A stretch of DNA of 64,000 bases from Selaginella moellendorffii (taxonomy: Eukaryota > Plantae > Lycopodiophyta). The notes under the pieces are model-generated. The model ran no database searches. It was not told the origin of the DNA and saw nothing but the letters and a program-made list of their open reading frames with translations. Below, in pieces: positions 1 to 11,292 of the stretch. Positions within the stretch are counted from its first letter, which is position 1; each line of letters begins with the position of its first letter. Made by a program: the position numbers and the translations under genes. The stretch is from the NCBI RefSeq assembly GCF_000143415.4, contig NW_003314397.1, positions 1 to 64,000 on the forward strand, written 5' to 3'.

Positions 1-33
1 CTCACTTTGGGGCCTAGGGATTTTGTGTCTCAC

Positions 34-1084
34 AGCCAATCCAAAAAATGTTAATAACATTGATACGTATGGCCAACATCATCACACACCCAACAATATA
101 CATCATATGTCCTCCTTATCCCTTAATATAAATAATAGCAACATCAACCTCCATTAAAACAAAACCATCTCCCACAAAAAACTAATATAAAGGATGTGCA
201 ATGAGAAGTGAAAAAGGTGATTTCTCATCATGTTATACCAGTTGAAAAGCATTGTCAAGGGTGGCTAAAGCACATGCATGCTCAAAGTCCCACAAGATTT
301 TAACAAAATGTTGGCCACAACATTCCTAATTTGATACACTTCAATATATTTGGCTTTGCACAAAACAAGAGGCCTTAGAAGGGAACACTAAATTGCATTA
401 TTGATTCAAATGGCTTTTGATGAAGATAATACAATTGTTAGAAGGCATTATCACAATTTTCAGCATATCCAAATGCATACTTGAAGACATTAGGGAAAAT
501 GCTCAAATTTGAATGAGTGGTTGCACTTAAACCATTATATCCCTGTAATGCTATCTCTTATAATAGATATGTGGGAAACTTATGCAAATGCCAAGCATCA
601 TCCCAAGAATAATAAATAGCAATCACTATAAAGTGGTTAGATCAATGATACACATCATTTCTAAGATTCCCATAAAAGAACTTTAGCTAAATGTAAGGAT
701 TGGCAGCAAAATTTATACTATATGCCATATATATTACCATCAATTGGGTTTGATGGTTCATTTAAAATTATATAGTATCGAACAATTGCACCAATTGCTA
801 GTCCAAAGTCANNNNNNNNNNNNNNNNNNNNNNNNNNNNNNNNNNNNNNNNNNNNNNNNNNNNNNNNNNNNNNNNNNNNNNNNNNNNNNNNNNNNNNNNN
901 NNNNNNNNNNNTGAGATCTAGACAAAGCAAAAGCTAATTCTAAATTAAAAGCCCAAATCTAAGCACTCATTGAAAGAGGCTCCTCATTTCACCAATGTGA
1001 GTGTATGGAATAGAATACTCAAATTTGCATATTAATTAGCCCAAAAACTTTAGCCTATATACAAAAGTGAGTTTGGACCTCATA
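34..1084 (-). mobile_element. Decayed Ty3/Gypsy 5' part (gag region plus LTR remnant 996-1084), same family as the copy at 6049
   Basis: The reverse complement aligns by eye with ~6100-7130 (e.g. 781 AACAATTGCACCAATTGCTAGTCCAAAGTC vs 6384-6415). The LTR end reads ...CACTCACA-TTGGTGAAATG on the minus strand. No intact ORF; N gap at 812-911. Confidence 0.7.
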
Positions 1085-2695
1085 ATTATATTTTATATTT
1101 TGGAAATCTCAAATGTTATTTATGCCATATGAATCAAATATAAACTACATAAAAGATAAAAGAATCAAATAATATAATATAATAATATATTGTGAGTGCA
1201 TTTTTTTTACAAAGTTTAAGGCCTAAATCTTTTTTAATATTATATATTCAATTGTCTTATTTATTTTTGATGAGATTAATATTAAATATAATATAGCTTT
1301 TCATTATTATAAGAATAATATAATCAAAGCTTGAAATTACTTCTTGTATTTTTTCAAAACATAAAAGCTTTCAATGTAATAAATAATAATATAAATAGAC
1401 ATTTAAATTTTAATGTTATATTGATAAAATATATATATAAATAACTAAACGTATATGTCATAGTTTTATTTTTAAAGTGTAGTGTTTTGCAATCCTCTTC
1501 TCTACATTTTTTAGATGTCCCTATCCACAAAGTCATATAACGTTTTTAGTCATTTGACATCAATGATTTGTTATGAGCTCTAACAAACTTATCATTTAAC
1601 ACATTTAACTCACAATTGAAGTGGTCATTAGTACTTTGAAGTATGTTAGTATTTATTTTGATTCAAAACCATTTTTTATTAATATAAAATATCCATAAAG
1701 TAATTATTTTTACAGTTTTTAAACATGTTATAGAAATAAACTATCTAATCATTTACTAAAGTGCTTAGTGTAAGCATTGCACAAGCATGACAAATGTGGT
1801 ATTCATCATGTCATGAAATTCATTTAGTTTATCATCTAGCTAAACACTTTATCATTTTTTCCAATAACAGACTTATAAAATAACACGATAAACAAGAGAC
1901 TTGTACTTATATATGTTAAAGAAAATTTATATANNNNNNNNNNNNNNNNNNNNNNNNNNNNNNNNNNNNNNNNNNNNNNNNNNNNNNNNNNNNNNNNNNN
2001 NNNNNNNNNNNNNNNNNNNNNNNNNNNNNNNNNATTTTATAAATCTATTTGGGCTTATCCTTTATAGGTTTATTCATTTGTAACTGTTATATTCACATAT
2101 TTAGCATTGACTTGGCAACACTAGTGTTCTGATGCATTGATTAACAGGATACCAATTACATTCAACAGTCCAGTAGAAAGCCAAGATAGATAGAATTTTA
2201 TGATCACTGCTACATTATGAAAATCAGTGAGAACACCAGTATGATTTGTTAGTGTTCCTTTGCTGTTACTTGCATTGTGACCTCCATGAGACACCTTGGG
2301 ATCGCTGCCAAACCAATACAGGGATCCCCAGACAGAACTTCTACCTCCCCATTCTTGTCCCCATATAAGGCAATGGGGAGAAAATTCAAAGTTATTTGAC
2401 TGTAGTTCCAAGGGTTTGCAGTCAAATAACTTTGATGAATTCCACCTATACTCATTCGTTTCCCACGGTTTTCCAGCCAGGCCACGAGCATCAGCACGAT
2501 GCGCCGCTAAAAAATCCTCCGCCGGTTGTGCCACATGGCAGAATCTGGATCGTTCGGACCGCCTCTATGTAGGGGACCCACATGGCACGGTTGCCGCCGC
2601 TGGATTCCAGTGCTTTCATTTGTAGTTAGCGCGTAGCTTTGGAGATCGAAGAACAAATGGGAGCGACGTGATCTCGAGAACGGCAAGAACACGCA

Positions 2696-5368
2696 ATGGC
2701 GATAGAAATGGCAAGTAGTAGCAGGAGTGGTAGCAGCACTAGGGCGAGAATGCGGGCATTGTGGGTAGCAGTAGGGCTTGTGGAGCTCTGGCTATGGCTG
2801 ACGAGCACAGCCCACGCCCAATTCGTCCCCAAGGACAACATCCTTCTCGCGTGTGGCGCTGCGGGCAGCACCAACGTGAGCGGCAGGACATTCGTGGCGG
2901 ATTCCAGCTTCGCCCAGGGCGGAGCTCCTCGATCCGGCTCCATCCCCACCAGCAGCGCCGCCAATCTCTCCTCCGCCGACGAGCAGCGCCTCTACAGCAC
3001 CGCCCGCGTCTTTACCGCCAAGGGCTCCTTCTCCATCGGCGATCTCACCCCGGGACGCCACTGGATTCGCCTCCACTTCCTCCCCTTCTCGCCAGATCTC
3101 GCCGCCGCCCTCTTCTCCGTCAGCGCGGACGAGTACCTCCTCCTCTCCAGCCAGAGCGTGGCGGGCGAGATCCAAGCCCAGGCGCGATCCATCTCCTCCC
3201 CGGCGCTCCTCAAGGAGTACTCGATCAACATCACCACCGCGCAGCTCACGATCTCGCTCGTCCCGTCGCCGGGCTCCCTGGCCTTCGTCAACGCGATCGA
3301 GATCGTGTCCATCCCCGACGCCGCGATCCAGGACGATGGGCAGCTCGTCGGGCAGGGCACCCAGGCCTTCCTGGGGATGGCTCGAGCAGCGCTCCAGACC
3401 ATGTATCGCCTCAACGTCGGCGGCGAGAGCATCGATCCATCGCTCGACTCGGGCCTCTCCCGGCGCTGGATCCGCGACAATCCCTTCCTGGTGGGCGCGC
3501 GCGAGGGGATCCCAGCGCCCAAGATCGAGGACATCACGTACCCTCCACTCCTGCCAGGATTCATCGCGCCCAAGTCGGTCTATGGCACTGCGCGAACGAT
3601 GGGCGTGAGCGATCTCATCAACACCCAGTTCAACCTCACCTGGACCTTCGCGGTGGACAGCGGCTACTCCTACTTTGTACGTATGCACTTCTGCGAGACG
3701 GTGTACAGTACGCCGTATGCCCGGATCTTCGACGTGTTTATCAACCGGCTGCCCGCGGTCAAAGGCCTGGACGTGGTGGTCAAGGCTAATGGCGCACAGA
3801 CCGCCATGTTCATGGACTTCGTGGTTCCCATGAACGATGGTGGAAGTTCTATGGTGGTGGAGCTCGGCCCCTCCCCGGGGAATGGAGCGCAGCACAACGA
3901 TTCCATCCTCAGCGGGATCGAGATCTTCAAGGTGAACAACACTCGCGGGAGCTTGGCCGGGAGTTTGATCCCGCCGGGTGTGGATCTCTCCAAGGATGAT
4001 GGCTCTTCCGGGGGTTCCACTGGTATTGGCGCCGCTGGGATTGGCGGCGCCGTCGCTGGTGGGCTGCTGGTGATCGGGCTGCTTGGTGCCGGGCTGTGCT
4101 TCGTCCGGCGGCGGCGCCACCCCGGACTGGCCAAAGGCAAGAGCAAGAAGAAGAAGAGCGCGTCGTGGCTGCCGCTCCACGCCGCCGGGAATGGAAACTC
4201 CACCAGCATCGCGAGCAAGTTCTCTACCGGCGGCGCGTCCAACAAGAGCGGCGCCACCGTCGCGTCCACCGCCACCTCGAGCCTCGGCGGTCGCTTCTTC
4301 ACCTTCGCCGAGATCTTGGAGGCGACGAACAACTTCGATGAGACGCTGCTGCTGGGCGTGGGAGGATTCGGCAAGGTGTACCGCGGGGAGCTCTTCGACG
4401 GCACCAAAGTCGCGGTGAAGCGCGGCAACCCGAGGTCCGAGCAGGGACTGACCGAGTTCCAGACCGAGATCGAGATGCTGTCCAAGCTCCGGCACCTCCA
4501 CCTTGTCTCTCTCATCGGCTACTGCGAGGAACACTGCGAGATGATCCTCGTCTACGAGTGCATGGCCAATGGAACTCTCCGCGCACACCTCTACGGCTCG
4601 GACCTCCCGCCGCTCTCGTGGAAGCAAAGGCTGGAGATTTGCATCGGCGCTGCTCGAGGGCTCCACTATCTCCACACGGGAGCGGAGCAGGGGACCATCA
4701 TCCATCGCGACGTGAAGACCACCAACATTCTCCTGGACGAGAACTTCGTGGCCAAGGTCTCGGACTTTGGGCTGTCCAAGACGGGACCATCGCTGGATAG
4801 AACTCACGTAAGCACCGCCGTCAAGGGAAGCTTTGGATACTTGGATCCCGAGTACTTCCGGCGGCAGCAGCTAACCGAGAAGTCGGACGTGTACTCGTTC
4901 GGGGTGGTGCTGTTTGAGGTGCTGTGCGCGAGGCCGGCGATCAACCCGGCTCTCCCTCGCGAGCAAGTTAACATCGCCGAGTGGGCGATGCAGTACCAGC
5001 GGATGGGAGCGCTGGAGCAGATCGTGGACGCCAACCTCAAGGGGCAGTGCTCGCAGGAATCGCTCCAGAAGTTCGGGGAGACGGCGGAGAAGTGCCTGGC
5101 GGAGCAAGGCATCGACAGGCCGGCCATGGGAGACGTCTTGTGGAACCTCGAGTATGCGCTCCAGCTCCAGGAGGCGTCGAGCGGGGATAGCAGCGGGATG
5201 ATACTGGATCACTCGGCCACGCGGGCTGGAGACCAAATGGAAGTTCCACTCCGGTCTTCTGCGGATCACCAGGCCGACTACCACCGCCGGTTGGGAAGCG
5301 AGGACGATTTCGAGGATGCCAGTGCCAGCGCGGTCTTCTCGCAGCTGGTGAATCCTCAAGGGAGGTAA
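2696..5368 (+). CDS. THE1: CrRLK1L malectin-like receptor kinase, THESEUS1-like (single exon, 890 aa)
   Basis: Signal peptide, malectin-like ectodomain (RHWIRLHF, MYRLNVGG, YFVRMHFCE), TM helix and kinase motifs GVGGFGKVY, VAVKRGNPRSEQG, HRDVKTTN, DFG, GSFGYLDPEY. The C-terminal SAVFSQLVNPQGR is typical of CrRLK1L. Confidence 0.93.
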   Translation: MAIEMASSSRSGSSTRARMRALWVAVGLVELWLWLTSTAHAQFVPKDNILLACGAAGSTNVSGRTFVADSSFAQGGAPRSGSIPTSSAANLSSADEQRLYSTARVFTAKGSFSIGDLTPGRHWIRLHFLPFSPDLAAALFSVSADEYLLLSSQSVAGEIQAQARSISSPALLKEYSINITTAQLTISLVPSPGSLAFVNAIEIVSIPDAAIQDDGQLVGQGTQAFLGMARAALQTMYRLNVGGESIDPSLDSGLSRRWIRDNPFLVGAREGIPAPKIEDITYPPLLPGFIAPKSVYGTARTMGVSDLINTQFNLTWTFAVDSGYSYFVRMHFCETVYSTPYARIFDVFINRLPAVKGLDVVVKANGAQTAMFMDFVVPMNDGGSSMVVELGPSPGNGAQHNDSILSGIEIFKVNNTRGSLAGSLIPPGVDLSKDDGSSGGSTGIGAAGIGGAVAGGLLVIGLLGAGLCFVRRRRHPGLAKGKSKKKKSASWLPLHAAGNGNSTSIASKFSTGGASNKSGATVASTATSSLGGRFFTFAEILEATNNFDETLLLGVGGFGKVYRGELFDGTKVAVKRGNPRSEQGLTEFQTEIEMLSKLRHLHLVSLIGYCEEHCEMILVYECMANGTLRAHLYGSDLPPLSWKQRLEICIGAARGLHYLHTGAEQGTIIHRDVKTTNILLDENFVAKVSDFGLSKTGPSLDRTHVSTAVKGSFGYLDPEYFRRQQLTEKSDVYSFGVVLFEVLCARPAINPALPREQVNIAEWAMQYQRMGALEQIVDANLKGQCSQESLQKFGETAEKCLAEQGIDRPAMGDVLWNLEYALQLQEASSGDSSGMILDHSATRAGDQMEVPLRSSADHQADYHRRLGSEDDFEDASASAVFSQLVNPQGR

Positions 5369-6048
5369 AAGCTTGGATCTTCGCGTAGCTTGACTTTTAC
5401 ACGGATCACACACGAGTTTCTACGACATGATCAGAGGGACGAGCTAGAGTAACGGCCAGGCAGCCGGTCGCTGTCAGGAATTCATGCGAGAATAACGAGA
5501 AGTTTTAACGGGATGGGACCACCTTGAACTGCATGCTTCCTCATTTTTTTCTATACAGTTGTTGACTCGTAGATTGTTTAGTACCTACATCCTATTGGAT
5601 TCAAGCTGGTCTTTTCTTTGGTTTTGTTCTCTCCGCGTTGCCTCCAGAAGCAAATTGCAGTACTCGTCACGTCATCCACAGCTGCCTCGCATGTGTTTTT
5701 ATGGCGGCTGTCAGCAACAGACAGCAGCACTCTTGTGAGTGATCGATCACAGAAAAGCTCCAACAGGAACGGGACAACTAAAAGGTTGGGTGAATCAGTC
5801 AAATTGAGTGGAACAATTCCACCTTCAAGCTCGTCCATGCCGCCACCAAAACCAACACACAGTCCTCTGTAATAGAGCATTTGAAACTATTCCTACTGTT
5901 GTGGCCAACCTGCACTCCATAACATCTGGAGTGAATGGAATGGTTACAATTTTACCAGCTTTTTTAAGTGGTTTTTATTGCAATATTCTTGTTAATAAAT
6001 CATTTAAGCAGTCTTAATATTTTTGGTTTGCTTAAGTAAATTTGTTAT

Positions 6049-9000
6049 TGTGATAGCTACAATACCGTATACTAATATTAGCATAATAAGATTTTGATAG
6101 TTCCTATTCAAACCATTCACTTTTGTATATAAACTAGGGTTTTTGGGTTAATTGATATGCATATTTTTATATTCTCTTTTTTATATTCCATGCAATCACA
6201 TTGGTAAAGATGAAGGGCAACTTTGATTCTCTTTGAAGAGTGCTAGGATTTGAGATTTTGGTTTAGATTTAACTTTTGTATTGTTTAAATCTCCCTTTTT
6301 TTTATAATTTTTTTCAACGTCTTCTTTTTTGCTTTTTCTTTTTTATTCATCTTCATAATAGAGCAACAATTTCCTCCTCCTTTGACTCTGGAGTAGTAGT
6401 TGGTGTAATTGCTCGATGCTATAGGGTTGTAATTAAATAATTAAACTCAATTGATGGCAGCATTCATAGCACGTGGTACAACTTTTCTTACTCTTGCTGC
6501 CAATCCTTGCGTTCAACTGAAGTTCTTTTGTGGGAACTTTGGGGATGATGTGTACAATTGGTTTGATCACTTTACAGTGATTGTATTCTTGGGATGATGC
6601 TCAGCATTTGCATGAGTTTCTCACATGTCTCCAAAGGATAGCATTGCAATGGTATAATGGTTTAAGTGTAGCCACTCATGAGGATTGAAGCATTCTCTTA
6701 AACTTCTTCAAACACACATTTAGACATGTCGACAATTGTGATGATATCTTTCACCAATTGCATCATTTTCGTTAAGGGCCATCTAAGTCTATGATGTAAT
6801 TTAGCGTTCATTTCCAAAGCTTTTTGCTTCATACAAAGCCAAATATTTTAAAGTGGATCAAATTAGGAATATTATGGCCAACACTTCATCAAAATCTTGT
6901 AGAACTTATGCATGCATTTGCTCCAGCCACCCTTGATAACACTTTTCATTTGGCAAAATATTATAAATCATCACTTCTTCCACTTCTTGTTGTATGTCTT
7001 TCAACTCCACTTCCTGTGGGAGATGGTCCTATTCCAATAAAGGTTAATGCTACTGCTACCCAAGTTCAAAAACAATGGCTAGGACAAGGTTATAGTCGTG
7101 ATATCTACTATTGGGTGTGTGATAAAGTTGGTTATACTTATCGATGTTATTGCAATTTTTTGAATTGGCAACTTTCATTTCCTAGATGGAGACCTTGGTA
7201 TTAACAATGTCTTGTTAGTATTGCTGTTGTGGAAGGTCCGGACACTAAGATGCTTCTGAGAAACAAAGAGTTACATGAGTAGTAAAGGGACCTTGTGTAA
7301 ATAAGTTAATGACCTCTTCACCTTTCTTTCAGGAGTATCATTAATGGGTTCACTCGGCACTAATTCATCCAATGTTTACTTTCCAAGTTTATTTTTATAA
7401 TAAGAGATTTCTTATTATTCTCTCTGTGTTGGTTGATACAAACGCAAGTTTATCTTTTATTCCTCGGTTTATTGCCACACATTGCTGTCTATGTTTGCGT
7501 TGTGTGGCAGAGCTAGTTTTCATTCTTTATGGCAACAAGCATGAGATGAAGCAAATCTGGTCATGTATGTAGGCAATCTCAAGCTTGAGTTGTAGTCTTA
7601 TGGGTGGTACTAAGTTAAGCTTTTGACTTTATCCTTGGTATGGATTGATTGCAATGCAATCCCCCTTATCTCATACTTTTTTATATTTTTTCCATTCGTT
7701 TCATTTTTATACTTGTTTGTCTTTCTGCTTCCATCACTTTTATTTCTCCATTACTTCTTCCTATGTTTCCATCTTATTCATCTCTTCCCTTTTCGAATCC
7801 CTATGATAGTTTTTGTGTTGCAGCAATTGACTGGCTTATAAAAGAGTATACTGATCTCTTTGAATTTGACCTATCGTCTAGGGCCAAGTTTGCAACACGT
7901 CATTTTATTCCAACTTAGGATGCTTGTTTAATCAAGGTTTTTATTTGTTATTAGTCACCCAAAGAGATCAAGATTTTACATGTAAACATAAAGGAGATGT
8001 TGGAAAAGGGTGTTATTCGAAAGTTACAAAGTCTTTAGGCACATTGCTGATCTATTGAATCGTCTAAGGAGAAATCATTAGTTCACTAAGTTAAATCTTG
8101 GTTCTAGGTACTGACAAATACTAATGGCCGAAGAAGATATTCCTAAGACAACTTTTCGTATACCATTTGGGTTGTACAAGTTTTTGGTGATGCTATTTGG
8201 TTTGAACAATACTTCAACAACTTTCTAATGGATGATTAGACGAGGTTCTTTGCAATATAATGGACGTGACTGCTAACTTCTTGATGATGTCTTAATCCAC
8301 TCAAAGGGGACATGGGAGGAATATGTTTGTGATGTTTGTAAGGTGTTAAATTGATTACGAGAAGGTGGTTTAAAGCTGAAGTGGTCGAAATACATATTTG
8401 GGTCCAAGAACACAACTTATTTTGGGTACTATATTTCTTATGAGGGTTTGTAAGTTGATCTTAATAAACTTATGTTTGTTTTAAAATTCCCTACTCCGAA
8501 GTGTGTGAATAATGTGCAACACTTCTTGGGTAAAATGTAGTATCTCGGTCATTTTGTTGATCATCTTTCTGATCACACTGCACCTTTGCGAGCGTTGCTG
8601 AAATTGTCAACATCATTTTTCATCTAGTTTGTAAACTATGAACAAGCGTTTACGGATATCAAAAATCTATTGATGACTCCTCTAGTTTTGGCATATCCTA
8701 ACTACACTTGATTTTTCATTTTGCTTATCGATGCTTCTAATATTGGTCTTGAATGTGTATTTATGCAAGAAAGCCCAAGTGTGCCTGGTTAGCACCATCC
8801 CGTTGTATATATCAACTATACATTACAACCAACAAAAGTGAACTACTCCACGACAAAGGAGAATTTAGCAGCAGTTTGGGGTTTCGAAAAACTTTATATA
8901 TATCTACATGGTTCTTAGATGTTATTAGAAGGTGATTATGTTGCAGTTACTTCATTATTGAAGCAGAAGAACTTGTGTTGTACTGCTTAGTGGGTTTTGA

Positions 9001-10870
9001 AGCTTCAGATATATATAATTTTGATGTTGTTCATTGTTTAATGGATTCTATGGCTGATGCTAATGCCCTTTTTCAAACTCTTCTTCTTTCTTCACTCTCT
9101 TTTGTTGTTCCAACATTTGTGGATTTTTTAGACAAGGATTTGTGATGTCGATGGTTGCTGTATTTGACATTTAGTGTCCACAAAGTGCAAAGCAAGATTT
9201 ACCTTCTTTTGATATGGTTTGCGAAGTTCAAAGATTAAGCTATGGATTCAAAGCTTCACAATAAGTTTGAGAATTCTATATCACTTGCTGATAACTTGCC
9301 ATTTCAGCATTTACATTCTCAATATCACCTTGAGGATAGTTTTCTTTGTTTTGTAGGGACAAGTTCTAATGATCATTTATGGTTAGTGGTGCCTTTGATC
9401 TTTATTCCATGCTTTCTCCATACTTACCATGATTTTCCTATTCTATGTGGGCATATGGGACATCTGTAAGCTCCTAAGTTTGGAAATATCCCAAGACCCT
9501 TAACCGATTGGAAAAGGGGGTGCATTCTTGTTTATGAGTCATTTTCCTTTATATTTGAACCCCATGGATCGTCTTTTAAGTCATTCTCTTTGGTTGTTAA
9601 CAATCCATCACACTTCCCTGCAAGTTCACGCCCACTAGCCAGATGTCAATCAACATGTGGTGTGATACCCCTAGCCAACCAACAGAGTTGAACCTGAGAC
9701 CCCTCTTATACCAAATGTAAGCTTCTAAGTTTGGACTTCCCAGAAGGTCACCCAGCCTAATACTATTCAAACCTAAAGACGTTTAACCTTAAATATCCCA
9801 AGACCCTTAACCGATTGGAAAAAGGGGTGCACTTTTGTTCATGAGCCCTTTCCCTCTATATTTGAACCCCATAGATCATCTCTCAAGTCGTTCTCTTTGA
9901 TTGCTTACAACATTGTTGTGTGATCGAGAAGCTATGCAAGTTTTTCTATTGGTCGAAAATGTGACGTGATATTATCCGGTATATGTGTAATTGTGTTTGA
10001 TGCCAAGCTCATAATACTCCCCCTCATATTGCAGAAAGACGGTTGAAGTCAATTACAATTTCCTATCTATTTGAGTTTGTGGCGTTTGATCTGATAGGGC
10101 ATTTTCTATAGTCAACTGTTAATGATAAGTATGTCAAAATTGTTTTTGACTACTTGACTCATTGGGTGGAAGTTGGTGCTCTTGCTAGTGCATTTGCAAT
10201 TGTTATTGGATACTTCCTCCTCAATCAAATGGTGTTTTAACATTTTTGTTTGGAGCAAATTCTTTTGGATAATGGTCCCACATTTATGGCTGAGGCACTT
10301 CATGTTTTAACATCTCGATTAGGGATATGCCACACTTTAATGAGTGTTTATTATCCATAGTCAAATATTTTGGTAAAACGGATCATTCAAACCTTCAAAG
10401 GGATGATTGTGAAGTATGTGAACTTTTATCATTTGGATTGGGATGGTTATTTCTCTTCGGTATACACATGTCACAAGAGTGTAAAGTTCTATTGGTGGTT
10501 CACCATATAAACTCTTATATAGTCATGATCTAATACTACTAATAGAGTTGAGTTTATCTTTGTGATTGCTACAAGCTGCCGATACTAGGTTTTGAGATCA
10601 GTATTTGACAAGTATTCTTCCATTTATCCAAGCAAAGTCTGCCAAACACCTAGACCACGTACAAGTGGGACAACAATAGCACTTCAACTCCCATCATTAT
10701 CCACTTGTGAAGTATAAAGTGGATGACTTGGTTTTAATTTTTTTTCCCAATTTTATGGTATGTGGTTTGTCTAAAGGGCTCTTTACTCAGTGGAAGGGAC
10801 TGTATTAAGTGTTGCAATAATTTGGACCACAAGTTTATGAGGTTTGGCATAACATCCAACAGGCTGATCA
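6049..10870 (+). mobile_element. Decayed Ty3/Gypsy retrotransposon (5' LTR ~6049-6200, gag-PR-RT-RH-INT relics)
   Basis: TG...TCACA LTR followed by a TTGG PBS-like site. Relic zinc knuckle (WVCDKVG), protease VLVDT, RT F-L-D-D-like site near 8280, RNaseH IDAS near 8725 and integrase relics. Riddled with stops. Confidence 0.75.
9465..9909 (-). mobile_element. Cassandra-type TRIM (5S rRNA-derived LTR core) nested in the old Gypsy integrase
   Basis: Direct repeats 9465-9602 and 9716-9909 (TG...CA), TSD ACATC/ACATT. Minus-strand PBS TGGTATAAGAG (Met-tRNA-like). 9734-9788 on the minus strand reads GGTTAAACGT...TAGTATTAGGCTGGGTGACCTTCTGGGAAGTC, matching the 5S A-box/IE/C-box region. Confidence 0.85.
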
Positions 10871-11292
10871 ATCTTGGTCTCGGTCTCAGTCTCAGCCTTA
10901 GTCTTAGACTTGGTCTCGGTCTCAATCTCAGTCTTGGTCTCGGTCTCAATCTTGACCTCCATCTCAAGTCCATCTCAGACTTGACCTCAAACTCCATCTC
11001 GGACTCCATCTTGGGTCCATCTTGGGTCTATCTCAAACTCTATCTTGGATCCATCTCAGACTCTATTTTGGGTCCATTTCAAATTCCATCTCAAGTCCAT
11101 CTCAGACTCCATCTCAAGTCCATCTCGGACTCCATCTCGGGCCCATCTTAGACTCCATCTCGGGTCCATCTTGGATCCATCTCAGACTCCATCTTGGGTC
11201 CATATCAAACTCTATCTTGAGTCCATCTCAGACTCTATCTTAGGTTCATCTCAGACTCTGTCTCAGATCCATCTCAAACTCCATCTTAGACT
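10870..11292. repeat. Degenerate tandem repeat (6-mer GGTCTC/AGTCTC grading into 11-12-mer TCCATCTCAGAC/TCCATCTTGGG)
   Basis: Directly visible repeat units downstream of the Gypsy integrase relic. Confidence 0.85.

Noticed and set aside
2792-4807. 671-aa antisense ORF and other long ORFs overlapping the kinase
   Set aside because: Shadow ORFs from GC-rich codon usage; no motifs.
9734-9788. 5S rRNA gene
   Set aside because: Only the internal ~55 nt, embedded in an LTR.
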